Position numbers and translations under genes: made by a program
Part shown: positions 49,318 to 56,366 of the stretch, one piece after another
Layout: the number at the start of each line of letters is the position of its first letter
Numbering within the stretch: position 1 is the stretch's first letter
Notes under the pieces: generated by a model
Database searches by the model: none
Told to the model about the DNA's origin: nothing
What the model saw: the letters and a program-made list of their open reading frames with translations, nothing else
Origin: Pseudomonadota bacterium
GTDB taxonomy: Bacteria > Bdellovibrionota_B > Oligoflexia > Oligoflexales > CAIMVM01
NCBI GenBank assembly: GCA_037142195.1
Contig: JBAXBA010000013.1
Coordinates: 1-56,366, forward strand
Length of the DNA stretch: 56,366 nucleotides
Reading direction: 5' to 3'

Positions 49318-50499
49318 CTAAGGCGATGACTCGCCCGTATAGGAACTGCCCAACCCCGAGTCTGTGGTTTCCGCTGCAGTTTCCGCTGCAGTTTCCGCTG
49401 CAGTTTCCGCTGCAGTTTCCGCTGCAGTTAGCGCTGCATTTTGGTCGGCATTTTGATCGGCAATGAGGGAGCGAGTCTCTCTGGGAAGTAAGACCTGATT
49501 TGTGTCAGAGAGCAGCTTTAAAACGAAATTCTCGGGACTCAGTCCCTCTACAAGTTTAGTCATTAAATTCTTTTTATCAAAAAACATGTGGGCGAACCCA
49601 TCATTGAGGTAAACGGAACAATTGCGTGATTTTTGTTTGGACGTCTGAAAGATGCCATTGGGGCCAAGAACCAAAGCTCTGTGCCTCCAAGGGCTAATTC
49701 CACCAAAGACCATCGACATTACAATATCTTTTGTGGATTGAAGAAAGCCAAACCGCCAGGTTGGATTGTTATTACATAAGGTGTCCACATGCTGCGCCAC
49801 ATTGCCAGAATTGGGATCGATTTCCACTCCTACCTGCTCGAGAGATCCAATAAGATCCTGCTTATACTCACCACTAAACTTATTAAAGAAGTGTTCTCCC
49901 CAATGCAAACCCGGCGAGTCAGCTAAAAGCGTCTTTTCTGTCGCTCCCCAAAAATATTGTTCCATGAGGCGCATATGCGCTATAGCGCCAATTGCCCCAG
50001 CTGAAGATCCATATTGAACCAGCTTTGTAACTTGCCCAAAGTTGAAAAAGTTCTGCTCTTTGAGATAAGCCATCGCCTTTCTAATGTTGGAGCCACCAGT
50101 ATGATGGATAGAATATCGGCCGTAATTCGCCAAGTGAGCCCCGGTAAAGACATCGCCGGTGCAGTACGGAAAATAAATAAATGAGGCATCTGCCATGTAA
50201 GTGGAACGCAAGTCAGGAGCAAAAATGTCTCCAAAGGGATCGACACCGCGGGCAGGGTTCAGTTTTGCAAGAGGAGATAACTTTCCACACGTTACTTTAT
50301 CCCAACACGCACCACCCGGTTGAAATCCAATCATCATCTTCTCAGGAGAGCGATATTTCAAATAAACCATGTAGGGTTCCCCATGCCCACAATAGGCATC
50401 AGGAATCTGCACCTGAACCCAAGGAACTGAGTCCGCAGAGGGATTCGCGAATGCGATACCCGTCAAGCTACTTAAAATCAACGCAAGAAATTTGATCAT
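49318..50499 (-). CDS. Secreted pectinacetylesterase/Notum-like serine hydrolase
   Basis: Signal peptide, PGGACWD..TC, PYCTGD, GSSAGA nucleophile elbow, LADSP. Confidence 0.85.
   Translation of the reverse strand: MIKFLALILSSLTGIAFANPSADSVPWVQVQIPDAYCGHGEPYMVYLKYRSPEKMMIGFQPGGACWDKVTCGKLSPLAKLNPARGVDPFGDIFAPDLRSTYMADASFIYFPYCTGDVFTGAHLANYGRYSIHHTGGSNIRKAMAYLKEQNFFNFGQVTKLVQYGSSAGAIGAIAHMRLMEQYFWGATEKTLLADSPGLHWGEHFFNKFSGEYKQDLIGSLEQVGVEIDPNSGNVAQHVDTLCNNNPTWRFGFLQSTKDIVMSMVFGGISPWRHRALVLGPNGIFQTSKQKSRNCSVYLNDGFAHMFFDKKNLMTKLVEGLSPENFVLKLLSDTNQVLLPRETRSLIADQNADQNAALTAAETAAETAAETAAETAAETTDSGLGSSYTGESSP
49367..49462. repeat. Coding 12-bp VNTR (AAET x5 plus one variant, ADQN x2)
   Basis: gtttccgctgca x5, gttagcgctgca, ttttg(g/a)tcggca x2. 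Confidence 0.95.
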
Positions 50500-50614
50500 C
50501 TGATTTTCCTTTTCTAGCGGAGCACTATTAGTTATTATCCAACAAAGGCTAACTCCGTATCAAGCTCTCGGCAAGGATTGCCTGAACATTTAGATGTAAC
50601 ATAGGAAAAATGAG

Positions 50615-51082
50615 ATGACGACACTTACTCTACCGCATGTAACCCTTCATTCCTCCACTCAAAAAACCTGGTCTATCCCATCCGATTTCTTAGGAAAATG
50701 GACACTTTTGTATTTTTACCCAAAAGATGACACTCCTGGTTGCACTGTGCAAGCTTGCGCCTATCGCGATCATAAACAAGAATGGGAAAAAAGTGGGCTA
50801 AATGTTCTCGGCGTATCTATGGATGACCTGACTTCCCATGATGCTTTTACCCGCAAGTTTGAGCTCAATTTTCCTCTTTTAGCAGATACAGAGAAAAAAC
50901 TGGCCATCGCCCTTAAAGTATACGGTGAGCAAGAATGGCAAGGAAAGACCTACATGGGGCTTTCAAGAGACAGTTTTCTGATTAACCCCAAAGGAGAAAT
51001 CATCAAAGAATGGCGCAAAGTTGATCCTAAGACCACGGTATCAGAGACCCTAAAAGAAGCGCTTATGCACATGAATCCCTAA
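50615..51082 (+). CDS. bcp: Peroxiredoxin BCP/PrxQ
   Basis: LYFYPKDDTPGCTVQAC, LNFPLLAD. Confidence 0.93.
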   Translation: MTTLTLPHVTLHSSTQKTWSIPSDFLGKWTLLYFYPKDDTPGCTVQACAYRDHKQEWEKSGLNVLGVSMDDLTSHDAFTRKFELNFPLLADTEKKLAIALKVYGEQEWQGKTYMGLSRDSFLINPKGEIIKEWRKVDPKTTVSETLKEALMHMNP

Positions 51083-51124
51083 GCACATCGCTTATTTTTT
51101 GATTAGATTTACATCGTAAAACAA

Positions 51125-51180
51125 AAAACTCAAGGCTACTTCCAAAACTTGAAAGACAAGCGAAAATAGCCTTGAGTTTT
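51125..51180. terminator. Bidirectional terminator-like hairpin
   Basis: aaaactcaaggcta...tagccttgagtttt 14-bp stem between convergent genes. Confidence 0.7.
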
Positions 51181-51239
51181 ATAGGAATCGCCTTAACGCA
51201 ATCGGAGTGCGTTTAAAAAAGCAACTCCTTAGAGAGTGC

Positions 51240-51989
51240 CTAAATAAGACTCTTTATACATAGGAAACGTTCACAGACCACATCTAGATCATCTCCCATC
51301 TCTTCACCTTCATCTTGGCAGATGGAGTCAAACAAGTCCCAGTGGACATCCTGCCAATAGCTTAGTGTGCCATCTCCAAAGGCATCCGCCTTAGCTTGCT
51401 GCTCTGTAACACTTCCAAAGGGCACAATGGCCACTTTTTGAGTTTGAATGACGCAAAGAGCATGACTTTCCCAATCTAGAATAACCGAGACTTGATTTTC
51501 TTTGGGAAGGAGCTCTTGATTCTTTTGGTACTCAATCAACAAGGAACTAGAACCCGTCTTGATCCCTCGTGCTACCATACTGCCTAAAAGGCTTCCATCG
51601 AGTTCGTTTTCTCCCAGAGGCCACGATATGATGTCTTTTGACGGCGGTACAAAGCCTTTAAGAACTATGGCACTATACAGAGTGAATGCTTCCTGACTGT
51701 TCGTTAAGGCTTTTGCTAACTCTAAAAATTCCATACCCTTAGGGGCAACATATCCCTCATCGAGAACCATGAGGGCTGCCGTTAAACCTCTATCTGGCAA
51801 ATCGTGCATGCCTAAAAACCGAATTTGCGAAACAGTCAGCTTCTTAGTAAGAAAGTTCCTTATGGACATTTCCCGAGCTTCCTCGCGACTTCCTATAAAG
51901 GAGACCAGCTCTCCCATCTTGGAGCCCTTCACACAAAGAACTTCATGATCTAAATTCAGCACTAACAACGGAATTTTGCCGTCGCTCAT
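51240..51989 (-). CDS. ASCH-domain protein with extra N-terminal domain
   Basis: GIKTGSSS, VILDW, PFGSVTEQQA, GDGTLSYWQDVH, VVCERF; ATG 51989 after aaggag. Confidence 0.8.
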   Translation of the reverse strand: MSDGKIPLLVLNLDHEVLCVKGSKMGELVSFIGSREEAREMSIRNFLTKKLTVSQIRFLGMHDLPDRGLTAALMVLDEGYVAPKGMEFLELAKALTNSQEAFTLYSAIVLKGFVPPSKDIISWPLGENELDGSLLGSMVARGIKTGSSSLLIEYQKNQELLPKENQVSVILDWESHALCVIQTQKVAIVPFGSVTEQQAKADAFGDGTLSYWQDVHWDLFDSICQDEGEEMGDDLDVVCERFLCIKSLI

Positions 51990-52168
51990 AATCACTCCTT
52001 CGGCCCACATAGGCACCAAAACCTTTGACAAAACTGCCCTAGCGGACTTAAGTAACGAATATTTTATAATTTTGCATCCGTTGATTGCAGCCACTCTTAA
52101 AAATGGTGACTTTTATTCCATAATTCCCTAGGATGCACATCTACTAGACACTCAGTATAGAGGGACTT

Positions 52169-53215
52169 ATGAACTTAAATCCAGCAGGACTTGACGGCAT
52201 CGACTTCATCGAATTTACATCGCCAGAGCCAGATAAGCTGCACAAGCTCTTTCTAGCCTTCGGTTTTTCTAGAACCATGCGCCACAAAGAGAAGGCCATT
52301 GACTATTACAATCAGGGTGACATTCATTTCTTTTTGAACCGGGAGCCGTCTACATTTGCTGGCGAATTCTCAAAAGCCCATGGACCCGCAGTGAGTTCTA
52401 TGGGATGGCGCACTAAAAATGCCCTTTCAGCCCTAGAAGCTACCAGAGCTCTCGGAGCTAAACCGGCCCAAAGTGGGGACTACTCCCGACTCGGCCAGGC
52501 CATTCCTGCCATTTACGGCATAGGTGATAGCCTCATTTATTTTATTCAAGACTATGATTCCTCTTCCAAACGATTTGAACAGATGGGATTCGCTCCTTTA
52601 AAAGAGCCAGATCTCGTTCCAGGGAAAGGATTTCAAGTTGTCGACCATTTGACCAATAATGTCTACAAAGGGACTATGGAACGCTGGTCTAACTTCTATA
52701 AGGACGTTTTTGGGTTTATTGAAGTCCGCTATTTTGATATTCGGGGCGCCAAAACCGGCCTCTTGTCTTACGCTCTAAGGTCCCCATGTGGAAAATTCTG
52801 TATCCCGATCAATGAAGGGACAGAGGCCAAGAGTCAAATCAACGAGTATTTAGACGAATATAAAGGCCCAGGAGTTCAACATATTGCTTTCTTAACAACT
52901 GATATCATTAAGAGTCTAGAGTCTCTCAAGGGAACAGGCATTGAAACTCTCGATATGGATCAAGAATACTATGAGGAAGCCTTTAGGCGGGTCCCCCAGG
53001 TAACTGAAGACCGAGCTAAACTGCAAGATCTTCAAATCCTTGTAGATGGTGACGAAGAAGGATATCTCCTACAGATCTTCACAAAGAATATCATTGGCCC
53101 CATCTTTTTCGAAATCATCCAAAGAAAGAACCATTTGGCCTTTGGAGAAGGCAACTTTGGTGCCCTCTTTAGATCCATCGAAAGAGATCAACAAAAACGA
53201 GGCTATTTGAAATAA
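52169..53215 (+). CDS. hppD: 4-hydroxyphenylpyruvate dioxygenase
   Basis: DHLTNNV, IPINE, SQINEYL, GPGVQHIA, LLQIFT, FFEIIQRK, FGEGNF. Confidence 0.97.
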   Translation: MNLNPAGLDGIDFIEFTSPEPDKLHKLFLAFGFSRTMRHKEKAIDYYNQGDIHFFLNREPSTFAGEFSKAHGPAVSSMGWRTKNALSALEATRALGAKPAQSGDYSRLGQAIPAIYGIGDSLIYFIQDYDSSSKRFEQMGFAPLKEPDLVPGKGFQVVDHLTNNVYKGTMERWSNFYKDVFGFIEVRYFDIRGAKTGLLSYALRSPCGKFCIPINEGTEAKSQINEYLDEYKGPGVQHIAFLTTDIIKSLESLKGTGIETLDMDQEYYEEAFRRVPQVTEDRAKLQDLQILVDGDEEGYLLQIFTKNIIGPIFFEIIQRKNHLAFGEGNFGALFRSIERDQQKRGYLK

Positions 53216-53327
53216 GCCAGCGGTTCTGTTTCATACGCCTCTTGCTTGGACTTTGTGAGCAAACTAGGTTTTGCTTCGCTAAAATGGGCTTCTAGCTCAC
53301 AGGTCCCCCTTCAGCCTTCAAAAAAAT

Positions 53328-53364
53328 CACGCGACCTCATCTTTAGAATAAGGTCGCGTGTTTT
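53328..53364. terminator. Bidirectional terminator-like hairpin
   Basis: cacgcgacct...aggtcgcgtg flanked by A- and T-runs between convergent genes. Confidence 0.7.
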
Positions 53365-53385
53365 ACTTTTGTGTCTTTATCGGAT

Positions 53386-56073
53386 TCAGATTTTAAGGAG
53401 CTTTAAAGCCTCAGACAGGTTTTCCTGATCCATTCTTTCTTGCTCATTAAGATAGCCCGAAGTTTTATATTTTTGGTCTAGTTTTGTCAGCCCTTCCCCG
53501 ATCTCATAGGCCATAGTAGCTCTCAGTTCACGGAAACGAATCTGATCTTCGATCCCATCCCAGCTTTCAGCACGCTCCGCCACGAGGCTCACAAAAGAAG
53601 TTACAACACTTAACTTTGTATCCGTGGATACTTCGTCAGAGGCTACCAAACCTTCATATTTATCAACGATTTTTCGCAAAATAGCACCGGAAACGTTAGG
53701 TCTTGATTCATAGAATCCCTTCTCTTTAGCAACTTTCTTAGGAACCGAATCGATCAGGGTTAAAGTTCTGTCTAAGATTGCTTCTTCATTGGCAATGATC
53801 TGATCCGTAAGAGTTGCTTCGAGAGACTGGGTTTCAAGAGCAAATTCCCTATCCAGCTGGCTTTGCTTGAGAATGTCCTTAAATGCGGAAATGAGAATTT
53901 CTCTGCCGCCCCGGCTACGTTCGTTGCCATCGACGCTTAAAGAAGTAGCTAAAATGTCCGAAAGAGTTGTCTTAACCTCATTTTGATAAGCTACATAGCG
54001 TGCTTGATCAAAATTTCCGTTAGCATCAAAAATAGGAAGTAAATTCCATCCTTCAAGGCGCGCGTCACGGGAATCCTTCGTCGTATCAACCGGAACAGCT
54101 TTCCACTCTCCTAGAAGTTGCACAACTTCTCGCATCACACTGGCCATGGACCCATGCCCTGAAGTAAAATAGAGTTTTTCTGCATTTGCAAGTTTTTGAA
54201 TGCTTTGATTTAAAACCTCCAATACCGCTGCTTTCGACTCGCTTGCACCCTTATCTGTACTTTTAATAACAGCTATCTTGGATACCGTTTCTTTGGCAAT
54301 GGCCTTAGTGGCGCCTGTAAGAGTCAAGTAACCGCCATCTTTTGAGGAGGTCACATCTTTCGTCTTATCAAGGCGGGACGTAATAAAGCGAAGAGACTCT
54401 TCTGGACCTGCAAAGATATCATATCTGATACAAGTTGGGCTGACGCCATTCACGACGTCATCTGCACCTTCGTCGTTACAATAACCAACGGGTTCATCGG
54501 TAGTTAGAAGGCCTTTATTGTAAACAATGTCGATAAATTGGGCGTCATAGGCTAACTTTTGACCCTTTGTCGGATCCTTAGCTTCACCCCGCTCACCTAA
54601 ATCGGAATACAATTCTACATCTTCGATCATGGGAACGTTGTAGTCCATTACCGAATCGGAATAACGCCAATCTTTACCTAGGCGAGTCGCCAGTTGCCCT
54701 GAATTAGAGCCTCTAAAGTTATGCTCCATACCAAGGGCATGACCTACTTCATGGAGAAGTGTGGAACGCATCAAGGCTCGGCCCGCTTCTTCCGTAGTCA
54801 GACTTTTTTCTAGCATCATCTGCATGGCTTCCGCGCCAAAATTGAGCTCCCGCTTGCACTTCAAATTTCTAAATTTAGCTACGACTCCGTTTTCTGTTCC
54901 GGATCCGGCTTCAGCTGATCGGAGAGTATCCACAAACGAACGATTCGCTATATTGTACCAAGCAAAAGGCATATAGATCATCGACTGAGTTTGAATTCCT
55001 GTTTCTGGATCCGCGTTTTGCGATTCATAGGCAGCACCAGCTTCACTAACGGCATCAAATCGAACCACATTGTACCGAGGATCGCCAAGCTTAACTCCTT
55101 TAGGCAATTTGCCTAAAAAGCGCATGACTTTATCACTCCTAAAAGAATTAAAATATCGGTTCCAGCCCTCTACACCGGCTTGGATGTCAGTCAATAGGTC
55201 ATCAGGGAGATTTTCCGTAACATACCAATCAATGGTTTTGTTTTCTGAAATATCATAACGATTTGCTGTTATAGTTTTTACTTTTACAACCTTTTGGTTC
55301 CATTCCGTTTCTAATTCAGGCTTTATAAAACTTTCCACCTGGAAGGTTCCCACACGGCCTAAAAGATCCAAATAATGGAAATCTGGCTTAGCTTTTGGCT
55401 CATCTCGTAAAACTAACGCGTTACTACGAAGACCAAATCTCGAGCGCGGCATAATGGATTCGGCAAAATGATTCGTGGTAAGAGCGCCATCTTTTATAGC
55501 TTGGGTCACCAAAGAGGTCTCCCAAACCAAGGTTTGATCTTTCTCAAAAAATTCTACACTTCGGAGCCATCTTTCTGAGATTCCAGACATCTTCCAAGAT
55601 TGACTGGCGCCACCAGCGACATTTGCAATCTTAAAGGTAAAGCCACTGGAATCTTGATCTTGGATTTCCATGTCGAGATAGACTTTCTTGACGGAAAAGT
55701 CCGACTCCACTCCCGTAGATTCCTCGACCATAAACTGCAAAGATGTCGAGTCTAGTTTAAAGGATCCGACTTTGAGGTTTCCTAAAGCGAGCACTTGCAT
55801 CGTTTCAAAACCCAAAGACTCATCTTTAGTTTCTGTGTATTGAAGATTGGAGGTATAAAGAAACTCTTTATTTAAGAGAGCATTGACTTGGTCTCGACTG
55901 AGATAAATCCCACCAGAAACTTTAACGTCAGGCGAAGTCACACTAGGCGGCACGGCCCCGGGTAAACTCGTCACAAGTTGAGCGGGTTCCGCTCTCGACG
56001 GCTTAGTGTCTTTTTTGGAACAGCCCTCAAGGACTAAAGCAAAGCTCACTCCCCACCACATCAAATTCCGCAT
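53386..56073 (-). CDS. Zinc metalloprotease lipoprotein (metzincin, EcxA/DUF4953-like)
   Basis: Lipobox LEG-C, GVEGWNRYF, GDPRYNVV, DPETG, HEVGHALGMEHNF, Met-turn SVMDY. Confidence 0.88.
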   Translation of the reverse strand: MRNLMWWGVSFALVLEGCSKKDTKPSRAEPAQLVTSLPGAVPPSVTSPDVKVSGGIYLSRDQVNALLNKEFLYTSNLQYTETKDESLGFETMQVLALGNLKVGSFKLDSTSLQFMVEESTGVESDFSVKKVYLDMEIQDQDSSGFTFKIANVAGGASQSWKMSGISERWLRSVEFFEKDQTLVWETSLVTQAIKDGALTTNHFAESIMPRSRFGLRSNALVLRDEPKAKPDFHYLDLLGRVGTFQVESFIKPELETEWNQKVVKVKTITANRYDISENKTIDWYVTENLPDDLLTDIQAGVEGWNRYFNSFRSDKVMRFLGKLPKGVKLGDPRYNVVRFDAVSEAGAAYESQNADPETGIQTQSMIYMPFAWYNIANRSFVDTLRSAEAGSGTENGVVAKFRNLKCKRELNFGAEAMQMMLEKSLTTEEAGRALMRSTLLHEVGHALGMEHNFRGSNSGQLATRLGKDWRYSDSVMDYNVPMIEDVELYSDLGERGEAKDPTKGQKLAYDAQFIDIVYNKGLLTTDEPVGYCNDEGADDVVNGVSPTCIRYDIFAGPEESLRFITSRLDKTKDVTSSKDGGYLTLTGATKAIAKETVSKIAVIKSTDKGASESKAAVLEVLNQSIQKLANAEKLYFTSGHGSMASVMREVVQLLGEWKAVPVDTTKDSRDARLEGWNLLPIFDANGNFDQARYVAYQNEVKTTLSDILATSLSVDGNERSRGGREILISAFKDILKQSQLDREFALETQSLEATLTDQIIANEEAILDRTLTLIDSVPKKVAKEKGFYESRPNVSGAILRKIVDKYEGLVASDEVSTDTKLSVVTSFVSLVAERAESWDGIEDQIRFRELRATMAYEIGEGLTKLDQKYKTSGYLNEQERMDQENLSEALKLLKI

Positions 56074-56080
56074 AACATTA

Positions 56081-56124
56081 CTCCCTCAAGGTGATAAGGC
56101 GCACAGGGCACCACTCTGAGGGAG
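56081..56124 (-). promoter_or_regulatory. RBS-sequestering leader hairpin
   Basis: Minus strand CTCCCTCA-gagt-GGTG...CACC-t-TGAGGGAG-taatgtt-ATG. Confidence 0.55.
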
Positions 56125-56366
56125 ATACCATATTAGACCCGCCATTTTCAAGATTAATAATTAAGCAAAGACATGTTAGGTTTTCGCAAAACTTAACAAT
56201 TACTAGATGTTACAGTCGCCCTTGAGAAATCAGGGCTAAAATAAAGCGACAATTTTGTGGGTTTCAGGCCAATACGGCTTCCTGAGGTAAAACGCCTAAG
56301 GGACTGGGTCCGGGCAATGGCATCTTTATAAAGTAAAACTCATAATTTAATTTCTCGGCTGAAATA

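Noticed and set aside
56099..56112. c-di-GMP-I-like CGCACAGGGCA
   Set aside because: Wrong strand for the downstream gene and the rest of the aptamer is missing

Overview
Chromosomal window from a Gram-negative bacterium. Gene content (Glt gliding-motility cluster, mevalonate pathway, futalosine menaquinone pathway, many secreted hydrolases and lipoproteins) suggests a Bdellovibrionota/Oligoflexia- or myxobacteria-like predator; this is inference only. Order: gltA/B-C-D-E-F-like gliding operon (0.3-7.2 kb); purL, serC, RlmK-like methyltransferase; a terC-exoD-nhaR operon plus htpX sharing a conserved upstream operator; algH, tRNA-Arg(CCG), lpxL-like, mlaF-like; S1/P1 nuclease; mevalonate operon (idi2-mvaA-pmk-mvaD); three co-oriented exported proteins (1538-aa Cys-repeat lipoprotein, FGE/CLec-fold protein, lipoprotein with a putative Cys-Gln thioester domain); DoxX, SRPBCC, DUF1400; an mvk-mqnD-mqnE operon in which MqnE carries a second, cysteine-less radical-SAM-like domain; then small secreted proteins, exonuclease, aat, MFS, pectinacetylesterase-like, bcp, ASCH protein, hppD and a Zn-metalloprotease lipoprotein. 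No integrase, transposase, reverse transcriptase, rRNA or CRISPR array was seen. All calls come from motifs recognised by eye; no searches were run.
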